This document shows positions 28,830 to 37,847 of a DNA stretch of 56,200 bases, piece after piece (position 1 is the first letter of the stretch; each line of letters begins with the position of its first letter). The notes under the pieces were generated by a model that saw only the letters and a program-made list of their open reading frames with translations, searched no databases and was not told where the DNA came from. The translations under genes and the position numbers were made by a program. The DNA comes from Bdellovibrionota bacterium (GTDB taxonomy: Bacteria > Bdellovibrionota > FAC87 > UBA2466), in contig JBGSST010000241.1 of assembly GCA_041736915.1 (NCBI GenBank), positions 1-56,200 on the forward strand, given 5' to 3'.

Positions 28830-29669
28830 TTGTTGAAGTTCTCATTGATGAATCGCTGGTCTCGGTACTGTTTGATCGTTCTCTTCCTGGTGAACGCGAT
28901 CTCAATCTTTGGGTTCGCCGTATTTTCACTTAACCCCGAGTTACTGTCCCGCTGGCCGTGGGCCCAGACGATATTTCAGATGTCTTACAGTTTCTTTTCA
29001 CGGCTGCAGATCTCGCTCGCCACCCTAACTTTGGTCTTGGTCTTAACTGCCCACGTGCGGATGGAATGGGTACCCTCCTTTTTCGCCATTGTGTTGATAA
29101 GCCTGGTAAGCGAGCTGGGCGGTACGACTTACGGCATTCCGTTTGGAAAGTATGAGTACACGGTCCTGCTGGGGCCGATGATTCTCGATCGCGTCCCTTA
29201 CTTAATTCCGCTCAGTTGGTTCTTTATGTCCGTGGCGGCTTTCTCGATTGCCTTGGCGGTTTTCGGAGCCAGGGCTAGTAAGTGGTTAATTATCCAGGGG
29301 GCCTCGGTTCTTTTACTTACTTGGGATCTCACACTGGATCCGGCGATGAGTCATCTATCGCCGTTTTGGGTATGGGCCGAGGTGGGAGCTTACTACGGCA
29401 CTCCAGTAATGAATTTGTTCGGGTGGTTTGTCACCGGCCTGATGAACATGGCCGCCTTAGATTGGTTGGGGGCGCGGCAGTGGCTTTCGCGCATACCAGT
29501 CAATACGCTCCTACTCTTCTACTTCGCCAACCTATCGCTGCCCCTGGGAATCGTGCTTTGCGCGCAGGTTTGGCAACCAGCCCTGCTCAGTCTTACCGTC
29601 TACGGTGGCTTTTACGCCGTTTGGTTCCGCCGGGTTTCCGCTCATGGCTACGCCTCTAGCCCAGCGTGA
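28830..29669 (+). CDS. cruF: Carotenoid 1,2-hydratase CruF family (DUF422)
   Basis: ELGGTTYGIPFGKYEY, VPYLIPLSWF, WDLTLDPAM and YYGTPVMNLFGWF motifs. Confidence 0.88.
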   Translation: MLKFSLMNRWSRYCLIVLFLVNAISIFGFAVFSLNPELLSRWPWAQTIFQMSYSFFSRLQISLATLTLVLVLTAHVRMEWVPSFFAIVLISLVSELGGTTYGIPFGKYEYTVLLGPMILDRVPYLIPLSWFFMSVAAFSIALAVFGARASKWLIIQGASVLLLTWDLTLDPAMSHLSPFWVWAEVGAYYGTPVMNLFGWFVTGLMNMAALDWLGARQWLSRIPVNTLLLFYFANLSLPLGIVLCAQVWQPALLSLTVYGGFYAVWFRRVSAHGYASSPA

Positions 29670-30337
29670 CTAGGCTGGATGAAATACGCTTCAGCCCTCT
29701 AGTGTGGAATCTCTTTGATCTATATCTGGGCATCATCACGTCGTTTCGTTTTCATGAGGTGATCCTCTCGGGTGCGTTCGACGTTAGCAAACTACAAGGC
29801 CCCATTATCCTAATCTCGAATCACTCAACGTGGTGGGACGGCTTCTTTATGAGGCGGGTTCAGAAGAGGCTTTTTCCGGGCCGCCCACTCTACACGGTAA
29901 CGTTGGGGTCCGAACAGGATAAGCTGCCTTTCTTCTTCAGACGGCTTGGGGTCTTGCCCCTATTTCCCGGTCCCGGGGAGACGCTGGGGCTGCTTCGAAA
30001 TCTGGTGTCGCGATCGAAAGAGGCGCACGGAGAAATTGTCGTAAGCTTTTTTCCCCAGGGGAAAATCTACCCGTCTGCAAAGCGCCCTTTAAAGTTCAAA
30101 CGCGGGATCGAAGTGCTTGTTCGAGCTTTGGGAGCCACGGTAATCCCCATCGGGATTCACATCGAACCGCTGCAGCATAAAAAACCGACGGCCCTGATCG
30201 TAGTGGGCGTCCCTCTGACTGGCGCCTCGATCTCCCAGCTTGAGAGCGCGGTCGAGGGCGAGCTAGATAATTTGATGAGGCAGCTCGTGGCGCGTGGCGA
30301 AGACTTCCGGCCGGAATTGGCGGATCCGCCATGGTAA
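29666..30337 (+). CDS. PlsC-like acyltransferase (carotenoid-glycoside acyltransferase, CruD-like)
   Basis: NHSTWWDG (HX4D) and FFPQG motifs; sits between cruF and a GT2 gene. Confidence 0.8.
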   Translation: MTRLDEIRFSPLVWNLFDLYLGIITSFRFHEVILSGAFDVSKLQGPIILISNHSTWWDGFFMRRVQKRLFPGRPLYTVTLGSEQDKLPFFFRRLGVLPLFPGPGETLGLLRNLVSRSKEAHGEIVVSFFPQGKIYPSAKRPLKFKRGIEVLVRALGATVIPIGIHIEPLQHKKPTALIVVGVPLTGASISQLESAVEGELDNLMRQLVARGEDFRPELADPPW

Positions 30338-31422
30338 TTGTTTGGTCTTGCCTCGTGTGGCTCAACTTGGTCGCGCTCTATAATCTATTGACCGCCATAC
30401 GCCTGGAGGATTCGTCATGGTGCGTGGACGATCAGCCGAGCGATCCCCGCAAAAAAGTCAGCCTACTCATTCCGGTTCGCAACGAGGCAAGGAACCTGCC
30501 GCGGCTCATTCATTGCCTGTCGAGACTCGCCTATGCTCCTTTGGAGATCATTTTTTTAGACGATGAGTCTACGGACGACACCGCAAGAATTTTGGCCGAC
30601 TCCGGATTCCGCACTTTGTCGGGCGTTCCCGCGCCAGCGGGTTGGGTGGGCAAGAATTGGGCGTGCCATCAACTGGCCAAAGCGGCCACCGGTGAGCTGC
30701 TACTTTTTTGTGACGCCGACGTAGCGATGGCGGACCGCTCGGTGGCCGATACCGTGCGCAGGCTGCACGAGCATGGTGCGCGGGCCCTTACGGCATTGCC
30801 CCGTCAAAGCATGCGGAGTTGGTCCGATTTGGCAGTGATTCCCTTAGTGATGCATCAGCCGATAGCGGGATTACTGCCGCTTAACCTGCTGCACTATTTT
30901 CATTCGCGATCCCTACTGGTTTGTAATGGCCAATGGCTTTGTTTTGATCGAACGGCCTACTTTTCGATCGGTGGGCACGAGCGGGTGCGTGGCTCGTTTG
31001 TCGAAGACATGGCTCTGGGCCGTGAGTTGAAGAGAAACGGTTACAGGTTGTTAACGGTGGTGGCCGCGGACTCATTGACGGTCAGGATGTATGAAGACTG
31101 GGGCAATTTAAAGGAGGGCTTTACCAAAAACCTCTATCCATTAATGGGAGGAAACGCGGCTATTTTTTGCCTGTGCCTTTTTCTATTCGTGGTGGCGAAT
31201 GGTTTGAGCTTTCTCACCGCACCGGGTCTTCTTCTGCTGACGATGAATCGCCTTTTGGTGGCGCGATTATTTAGGGGTTCGGTGCTGAGCGTGGTGACCC
31301 ATCCGGTGGGAGTGATTTTGGTCTTCTATCTCTCCGTTCGATCCTTTTTCAAATGCCGATGGGGAACCCTAACGTGGAAGGGTCGCAAAACCCATTTAGC
31401 GACCTCCAGCAGTCAAGCTTAA
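30331..31422 (+). CDS. GT2 glycosyltransferase (carotenoid glycosyltransferase, CruC/CrtQ-like)
   Basis: PVRNEA, DDESTD, GWVGKNWACHQL, FCDAD, NGQ, VEDM, RMY and WKGR motifs. Confidence 0.85.
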   Translation: MVIVWSCLVWLNLVALYNLLTAIRLEDSSWCVDDQPSDPRKKVSLLIPVRNEARNLPRLIHCLSRLAYAPLEIIFLDDESTDDTARILADSGFRTLSGVPAPAGWVGKNWACHQLAKAATGELLLFCDADVAMADRSVADTVRRLHEHGARALTALPRQSMRSWSDLAVIPLVMHQPIAGLLPLNLLHYFHSRSLLVCNGQWLCFDRTAYFSIGGHERVRGSFVEDMALGRELKRNGYRLLTVVAADSLTVRMYEDWGNLKEGFTKNLYPLMGGNAAIFCLCLFLFVVANGLSFLTAPGLLLLTMNRLLVARLFRGSVLSVVTHPVGVILVFYLSVRSFFKCRWGTLTWKGRKTHLATSSSQA

Positions 31423-31476
31423 AGCAAATCGCCCGAACCTTCGTCACGTTGCCGGCAGAAATGGCGCTAGACTTTG

Positions 31477-31494
31477 GTTTAATACAGATTAAAC
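31477..31494. promoter_or_regulatory. Palindromic operator candidate GTTTAA-N6-TTAAAC (copy 2)
   Basis: GTTTAAtacagaTTAAAC in the AT-rich leader, 34 bp upstream of the rhodopsin ATG. Confidence 0.7.
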
Positions 31495-31528
31495 TTAATT
31501 TATTGATGCAATTAATTAAGGAGCCTCT

Positions 31529-32293
31529 ATGACCGCGCTGTCGAGTCTTCAATATTCATTAGTAACGAATATGTTTTCTTTCACGATTGCAGCTATGGGG
31601 GCTGCGTTCATATTCTTTTTGGTGTCTCGGTCGCAGGTATTGCCGAAGTATCGCGGGGCCCTGCTTATTTCGGGTCTAGTGGTCGCCATCGCCTGTTATC
31701 ACTACGTTCGCATTCTCGAAAGCTTCACTGGTGCATTCACCTTCACCGGGGGCCTTTATCAGCCTTCGGGAGTGCCGTTCAATGATGCTTATCGCTATGT
31801 TGACTGGCTTCTGACGGTGCCGCTTCTGCTATTGGAGTTGGCGGCCGTTGTCCAACTAGGCGCCCGTGCACCGGGACAAGGATTAACGGCCAAGTTAATG
31901 TTGGCTGCGGTCTTGATGATCTTGACTGGGTATCCCGGTGAAATTTCTTCGTCGATGACGAGCCGGGCCGTCTGGGGCGCGATCAGTACGGTGCCCTTCG
32001 TCTACATTCTCTACATTCTGTGGGTAAAGCTCGGGGAAGTTCTGCATAAGGAGAACACCGAAGTGCAGGTTCTAATAAGGAATACTCGCTGGCTCTTATT
32101 GGCCACTTGGGGATTCTACCCGATAACCTACCTTCTCCCGCAGTTAGGAGTCGACCCCAGCGCGTCCGTCGTCGGGGTGCAAGTGGGCTACGCCATTGCC
32201 GACGTGCTGGCTAAGGCCGGTTACGGCGTAATGATTTACGCCATTGCTAGCGCCAAGACCGAAGCTGAGGGAGGCCTTAAGGCCGTTGCCTGA
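31529..32293 (+). CDS. Microbial rhodopsin, xanthorhodopsin/Gloeobacter-rhodopsin type proton pump
   Basis: FNDAYRYVDWLLTVPLLLLE (D-T-E), helix B YHY, GYPGE, WGAISTVPF, WGFYPITY and DVLAKAGYG (retinal Lys); AAGGAG RBS. Confidence 0.95.
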   Translation: MTALSSLQYSLVTNMFSFTIAAMGAAFIFFLVSRSQVLPKYRGALLISGLVVAIACYHYVRILESFTGAFTFTGGLYQPSGVPFNDAYRYVDWLLTVPLLLLELAAVVQLGARAPGQGLTAKLMLAAVLMILTGYPGEISSSMTSRAVWGAISTVPFVYILYILWVKLGEVLHKENTEVQVLIRNTRWLLLATWGFYPITYLLPQLGVDPSASVVGVQVGYAIADVLAKAGYGVMIYAIASAKTEAEGGLKAVA

Positions 32294-32514
32294 TGAGATT
32301 GCAACTTTCTTCGCCACGTCGGTTCGTTCTTGGAGGAATTACGGGACTCGTTGCGGGTTCAGCTTTTGGTGGTGCCTTCGGGCTCATCGCTAGCTGCTTC
32401 CGCGGCGGTCCCAGTTTTCCTCAGGGATGTTTCGAGAGCGCTCCCTTTTTCGCCGCAGCCTTCGCCGTCGCGGGCGGAATACTCGCTCTAGAACGAGACG
32501 CGAGTAAGCCATAG
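32293..32514 (+). CDS. Small Gly-rich two-TM membrane protein
   Basis: Overlaps both neighbours (TGATG and TAGTG); GxxxG-rich hydrophobic segments. Confidence 0.6.
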   Translation: MRLQLSSPRRFVLGGITGLVAGSAFGGAFGLIASCFRGGPSFPQGCFESAPFFAAAFAVAGGILALERDASKP

Positions 32515-33425
32515 TGCCCTCGCTAAGTCTCATTCTCGCCGCACTTCTTTGTATCGTTTCGATTGCCGGCGCGCGGGAAGGGCTGACGATAGCGCCGATG
32601 ATTGGGGGCATTTGGCTGACCTTCGGTGTAGGCCACGGACTCTTTGACGCCGTGCTAGCCGCACGTTCGTGGAACGTATCGTTTCGCGTTGCATTCGGTC
32701 TCTACGCCGCATTTAGCCTTGTGGCGGGCCTCGTGGCCTTTGTCTTTCCTTACCTTGCGCTTGTTCTGCACGCGGCTGTGTCGGCCTTTCACTTCGGGCA
32801 AGCAGAGTGGGGAGAGCCACGGCGAGAAAGGAAACTGGAGCGAGGCGTGATCCTAGTTTGGGGGCTGGCTTTGATCGTGGTTATGATTATGGGACCATGG
32901 ACCGAGTCACGCCAAGTGATCGACGTCCTTCTGCAGGGGGATACTGTTGGATTACTTCCTCTGCTGGGCCAAATAAGAGGTGCTCTGCTCGTGGGTTTCG
33001 GCGCCTTGGGATTTCTGGCGTCGATTTGGCTGGGTAGAAGGATGCCCGCGTCGGACAATCGTTGCACCCAGCGAGCCTTCGAAACCCTTTTGCTATACGC
33101 GCTATTTCTTACGTTACCGCTTTGGCTTTCGTTCGTGCTGTACTTGTCTCTTTGGCACGGACTTCGATCGCTCGAGGAAGACATTTCGCCCGAGATTCGG
33201 CGCGCTTGGCAGAACCGCTCAGGGCGCCCCGCCCTTATCGTGGCCGTAGTCGCTGCTTCTTTAACCACCGCCTTGATTGTGTACTTTGGTCGGCAGATTA
33301 CGCCAGCGACAATTCGTGATCATGCGTTTGCCGGCGCGACCGCATTCGCTTTTCTCATCGCCGTGACATTTCCCCATGCGGTAGTGATGGCGGGAGTGAC
33401 TAGAAGAAGAAGCTACGCTGCATAG
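32514..33425 (+). CDS. blh: Beta-carotene 15,15'-dioxygenase Brp/Blh
   Basis: Four conserved His motifs (GVGHGLFD, HFGQ, WHGLRS, TFPH); multi-TM; adjacent to the rhodopsin gene. Confidence 0.9.
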   Translation: MPSLSLILAALLCIVSIAGAREGLTIAPMIGGIWLTFGVGHGLFDAVLAARSWNVSFRVAFGLYAAFSLVAGLVAFVFPYLALVLHAAVSAFHFGQAEWGEPRRERKLERGVILVWGLALIVVMIMGPWTESRQVIDVLLQGDTVGLLPLLGQIRGALLVGFGALGFLASIWLGRRMPASDNRCTQRAFETLLLYALFLTLPLWLSFVLYLSLWHGLRSLEEDISPEIRRAWQNRSGRPALIVAVVAASLTTALIVYFGRQITPATIRDHAFAGATAFAFLIAVTFPHAVVMAGVTRRRSYAA

Positions 33426-33649
33426 CTTGGGATCTTTCGCTACTCGTCCCCGACCTACCGCTAAGATCGTAGACCCATCCAGCCCGGCAGATCCGAAACG
33501 TCAATTTCTGGCCGAATGCCAAGTGGCGAGTCGTATTCCCCCGCGGCGTCTACGTGCCGAATACGCCGACTTAGGTTCGTTACTCCGCCCGGCCCGATGG
33601 ACCCCGTCTTGCAACCGTAACGGGCACTCAGGGCTGTCCGGAGACTACG

Positions 33650-34891
33650 ATGGGCTTTTCACACATGACATTTCGTTACGCGCTCGTTCTGGCTCTTTTT
33701 TCTCTGCCGGCGTTTGCGGAGACGGGAAAGCCCAAAACGGGTACCGCTACGGGACCCAACGGCGAGCCCATCAACTACATTATCTTGAACCAGGAACAGG
33801 TTCAGTGTGCGGTGAGTTTATCGGGGCTAGGAAATGGCTTCATGTACGGCGCCGATCTGAAAGGTAAGAAAGAAGAAGTTCTGGCGGAGAACGGCCTGCC
33901 CTTAAAGACTCAGCTGCCCTTTTATTTCCATTGGCAGTGCACCAGCCCCGGCTGCAGTGAATTGGCCTCGTTCTTTCCCGATGCGCTGACCGGTCGCGTG
34001 CAATGCAAGAATTGCGGTACCTCGCCAAACGAACACACGAAAATTTTACAGCTGCATCACAAGGGAAAGCTCATCCTGCACGAGGGCGACCTAGCCCAAA
34101 CCAAAGAGCAGGCGGAAGATGTTTTTGCCGGTTCGAAGTGGCTTTGCGGCTCCGAGGGCTGCGGAATCCTGAACCACTCCGTGCCCGAACACGCCACTTG
34201 TGCGGGCTGTGGCAGCAGCGGAAAAGACGGAAAGAAAATCACGCTGAAATCGGCGAAGCACGAGATCGATCCGTCGCTTTTGAACCCGACCGAAGTCGTT
34301 CCGCCGGAGCCCGTCGCGCGCCGCCGAGAAGAACTTTCGGTAACCAACAACCACACCAAGGACACGTCGAAGGGTTACTCTCCGAAGGAGCCCGAGGGAA
34401 AGCTCGAACGCTTTAAAGAGAAGGCCAAAGACTGGTTAAGAAGCCATCCCCGCGAGACCGCCGGCGGGGGCGCCGTACTTACTGCCATGTTTGGGGCCGC
34501 GCTTACGGCGTGGTTACTCGCCACGGACGAAGTAGAAGGCATCGTCGAATCGGGCGAGTGGGAACACGCCTACGATATCGAAACTTTCACGCTCGTCTCC
34601 GATAGAGATTGGGAGTCCAATCTAACGCCATCTTCTCCGGTGATGCCGAGAAACGGTGCAGGGGGCGTGGGCGGAGTGATGAACATTCGTGATTGCCGGC
34701 CCGCCATTCATCACTACGACAGTGTTTTCTCCCACTACGAGACCGAAACTTATGAAGTCCCCGATGATCCGTCGCCCTCTAGCGATTGGAGTGGCGGAGG
34801 CGGCGGAGGTGGCTTCGGTGGTGGCGGAGGCGGCGGCGGTGGAGGAGGCGGCGGCGCATCCGACTACGGTAACGGGGGAGGTTCCTTATGA
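33650..34891 (+). CDS. Zinc-ribbon membrane protein with Gly-rich tail
   Basis: WQC..GC, CKNCG, WLC..GC and CAGCG motifs; one internal TM segment; poly-Gly near the C-terminus. Confidence 0.7.
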   Translation: MGFSHMTFRYALVLALFSLPAFAETGKPKTGTATGPNGEPINYIILNQEQVQCAVSLSGLGNGFMYGADLKGKKEEVLAENGLPLKTQLPFYFHWQCTSPGCSELASFFPDALTGRVQCKNCGTSPNEHTKILQLHHKGKLILHEGDLAQTKEQAEDVFAGSKWLCGSEGCGILNHSVPEHATCAGCGSSGKDGKKITLKSAKHEIDPSLLNPTEVVPPEPVARRREELSVTNNHTKDTSKGYSPKEPEGKLERFKEKAKDWLRSHPRETAGGGAVLTAMFGAALTAWLLATDEVEGIVESGEWEHAYDIETFTLVSDRDWESNLTPSSPVMPRNGAGGVGGVMNIRDCRPAIHHYDSVFSHYETETYEVPDDPSPSSDWSGGGGGGGFGGGGGGGGGGGGGASDYGNGGGSL

Positions 34892-35313
34892 AACGCGCAA
34901 CTTTCGTAGCCCTGGTGTTCTTTCAGTCATTGCTCTTGGCCAAAACGGAAACACGTCAGGTGGCTCGCTATAAAGACGTTCCGGTGTACGCCAACCAATG
35001 CACTTACGACACCTACAGGTGGACTCACACCTCCGTCCGCGCTAACCGCGGTACTTTGCAATCTTTGCCGCAGAATCCGATGAGCTGGCCTGACGTTGGA
35101 AACATCGGCAACCTGAGCCGCGCTACGAAACGGCCACCGGTTTACTCGCTGACGTTTGGCTACACCCGCAACGACAAGGCTTCGTCCCAATCCAAAGAAG
35201 TGGATCAGGAAACGTTCGCAAAGTGGAATGTCGGTGACAAGGCGAACCTACGCATTCGCAAGCGCACCGGAAACTTAGTCGACTTCAGCCCGCTGCCGCA
35301 GAAAGCCGAATGA
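34888..35313 (+). CDS. Secreted partner protein, apparently the C-terminal half of the upstream family
   Basis: GGAGG RBS, ATGA overlap, signal peptide; YKDVPVY..CTY..YRW and WP motifs. Confidence 0.65.
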   Translation: MKRATFVALVFFQSLLLAKTETRQVARYKDVPVYANQCTYDTYRWTHTSVRANRGTLQSLPQNPMSWPDVGNIGNLSRATKRPPVYSLTFGYTRNDKASSQSKEVDQETFAKWNVGDKANLRIRKRTGNLVDFSPLPQKAE

Positions 35314-35323
35314 GGCGCCGTAA

Positions 35324-37114
35324 GTGAAACGCTTATTCAAATGGATTTTCCTGTTTGCGCTCATCAGCGCGGGCGTAGTCATGGCCGAGCCGGCCACCGA
35401 AGCGAACGTGGATCCGGAGTCTAACGTTTTGGTACTCAGCATCCGCCCCCTCGACGCAAAAGTTTCCGAAGCGATCCAAACCACGGCCCAGTCACTAGGC
35501 GGGAAAATTTCCTTCTTAAGTATCTTGGAGAACGGTGGTCTAGACCTGCAGCGCGAGATCCGTTACGGAACGGCGGACACTCTGCTTAGACAATTCAAAG
35601 GCGGCACTTTGCTATTGGTGAACTCGGAGGAGAAGACCAAGTCGGGCGAGACCGTTCGCACGGAACATTTTTTGAGCCAGCCGGACCTAATCAAAGCGCT
35701 CGAGGCCTACGGCATCCGCGTCGCCGTGGTGAACCCTATCGGGAACGATGTTACCCGGCTGGTTCAGCAACGGATGATCCCCACCGACGGAACGGTGGAA
35801 AAGCGTTACGCCAGCCCAGCCTCCGCGATCGTAGGCCGGCCGGCCGATTCCACGGAGCTGGATGAAACGTTGGAGCTAGCCAAAGACTTCATCGCCAGGG
35901 GCAAAGACTCGCAGGACAAGTTCGATCCTACTCGGCAAACCGGCATGGTGTTCGTGAATGGGGAAAATCCGTACTCGGCGGATGCGCTAGCTGAAGACGC
36001 TCGAAAGCTTCAGAAGGACATCGAAGCCAACATCCCGGGCCGTCGCGTAGTTACGGTTCCCTTGGCTCCGATCGAGCGGCCGAAGCCAAAGGGGCTTGAA
36101 GACCTGGGAAAGACGGGCCACTTCATGCACGGCGAGCTGGCGAATATTTTTGCTAGGTTCGATAACGACGAAGCGAATCAAGATTGGCGCTTATCCAATA
36201 CGATTGAGGTGCTCGAGAAGAAGCAGCACCATCAGGGCACCATCATGGTGATGCCCGCGCCCAGTGACTCCAACATCAACATCGCGGTGGCCAACGCGGG
36301 CAAAGCCGAGATAGGCAACCCCGCTTTCTACGGGTCGGAGCGGTTTCAGCTGCTGCTAATCAACGGGATGAGTACCGAGCGAAAGTTGATCGAGTTGCGA
36401 AAGCTCGGCAACGCATTGGACGTGATGGAGCCCGGAGAAGACACGGCCGCCCTCAAGCTGGGCAACCACTTGGTGGACGCGATCTTGGCGGACCTATCGA
36501 TGGAACAGGCCTCGGCGCTCAAGGGAAAGTGGAAGTCGACATTCTCTAACGAGGCGTTCCTACGCTTGCTGCCCCAGCTTAGGGAGCTGCAACGCACGCA
36601 GTTCATGCTGGTGCTCAACGAAAAATCCACCGCCGCCAAAATTTACGCGCGCCTTTTGGCGGGAATTGAAGTTTTGGGCCGATCGCATTTGTCGCTAGCC
36701 GATAGGCTTTGGTTGAACCCTTTAAACCCGATGCGCTACCGCAGTCGTCCGGCGGCCATCGCTTCGATTACGGCAGACACGGTGGCCCACCTCAAAAAAG
36801 AGATGTTCGGTACCGTCGGTATCAGGAAGCCCGAGATTAAATCTTTGTTGAGCGAGAACCGGGCCGACTTCAGCTCCAAAGTGGCCGACTCTCTCGCCCA
36901 CTACGAAGCCACCTTCGGCCGCCCGCTAGCGGTGCAAAGAACTTTTCTCGAACCCTTGCGCCGCAACAACCTGATTGCCGACACCTACCACGACTTCCCC
37001 CGAGCGTTATCGGAAGCCGAATGGAACGCGGCCGTCACGGCCGAGGAAGAAATGGCCGCTAACCGCCCCCGCTGGCTCACCGGCTGCGCCGCCGCGTTAG
37101 CCGACCTACCGTAA
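35324..37114 (+). CDS. Secreted hypothetical protein
   Basis: 596-aa ORF with a signal peptide; no family recognised. Confidence 0.7.
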   Translation: MKRLFKWIFLFALISAGVVMAEPATEANVDPESNVLVLSIRPLDAKVSEAIQTTAQSLGGKISFLSILENGGLDLQREIRYGTADTLLRQFKGGTLLLVNSEEKTKSGETVRTEHFLSQPDLIKALEAYGIRVAVVNPIGNDVTRLVQQRMIPTDGTVEKRYASPASAIVGRPADSTELDETLELAKDFIARGKDSQDKFDPTRQTGMVFVNGENPYSADALAEDARKLQKDIEANIPGRRVVTVPLAPIERPKPKGLEDLGKTGHFMHGELANIFARFDNDEANQDWRLSNTIEVLEKKQHHQGTIMVMPAPSDSNINIAVANAGKAEIGNPAFYGSERFQLLLINGMSTERKLIELRKLGNALDVMEPGEDTAALKLGNHLVDAILADLSMEQASALKGKWKSTFSNEAFLRLLPQLRELQRTQFMLVLNEKSTAAKIYARLLAGIEVLGRSHLSLADRLWLNPLNPMRYRSRPAAIASITADTVAHLKKEMFGTVGIRKPEIKSLLSENRADFSSKVADSLAHYEATFGRPLAVQRTFLEPLRRNNLIADTYHDFPRALSEAEWNAAVTAEEEMAANRPRWLTGCAAALADLP

Positions 37115-37140
37115 CCGCAGGTACCCGCTTCCTTTTGAAC
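37115..37140. repeat. REP-like dispersed repeat, copy 2
   Basis: CCGCAGGTACCCGCTTCCTTTTGAAC starts immediately after a TAA stop and is identical to 45117..45142. Confidence 0.85.
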
Positions 37141-37183
37141 CATCGGCCTCGGGCGTGCTTGAACATTCGAGGGAAAAGTCTCG

Positions 37184-37831
37184 TTAGCCACGGCCACTAT
37201 TACGAATGATAGTAATGCCGTAACCCACAAGCCATACCGACCAGCTCAAAAACGCAATCATGGGCACGACGGCCAAGCCACCCGCCGGTAAGTTGAGCGC
37301 GACGGTCAGGGGCTCGAGGGTACCGATCACAAAAAGGGCCGCACTCGCCCAGCCCAGCCAGCGAAGTCCGGGGCGTGCCGCAAGAACCGTCCAGACCGCT
37401 AAGGTCAATTGGCCTACGTACTCACCGAGTCCCACTCCGAGGTATAGGTGCTGTGCTTGGAAAATGGCTTCGATCGTCAGTTTCAAGTCGGGCGAAGCCG
37501 AGGCGTGGGCCTGGGCGAGATAGGGTACGAGAAACGTCCAGCGTAACAGCGCGATGGCCTGCGCCGCGGCCGAGAAGAGTCCGATCCACTCCTCGCTGCC
37601 CCGGCGACGTGACAAAAGAATGGCGGCGACAAACATGGCGATTGAAAGCGCGTAAGCGTACCAGGCGAGAATCAAACCGGCCCCGCCCGCATGGAATGAT
37701 TCGAGCACTTTCGCGGCTGGTTCCCGCAGAATGTCGGGGTAGCGAAAATACATCGTTAGCAGCGTGAATGGGATCTGCACTGCAATGGGAAACGCCACGA
37801 ACAAGTAGCCGCTCATTTTCTGTCGGTTCAT
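37184..37831 (-). CDS. DUF4386-family membrane protein
   Basis: FRYPDILREP, LLRWTFLVP and GVGLGEYVG motifs. Confidence 0.75.
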   Translation of the reverse strand: MNRQKMSGYLFVAFPIAVQIPFTLLTMYFRYPDILREPAAKVLESFHAGGAGLILAWYAYALSIAMFVAAILLSRRRGSEEWIGLFSAAAQAIALLRWTFLVPYLAQAHASASPDLKLTIEAIFQAQHLYLGVGLGEYVGQLTLAVWTVLAARPGLRWLGWASAALFVIGTLEPLTVALNLPAGGLAVVPMIAFLSWSVWLVGYGITIIRNSGRG

Positions 37832-37847
37832 AAATTTCTCCGGCACT

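Noticed and set aside
34790-34860. GGC/GGA-rich tract considered as a regulatory G-quadruplex or microsatellite
   Set aside because: Explained by an in-frame poly-Gly linker with mixed codons.
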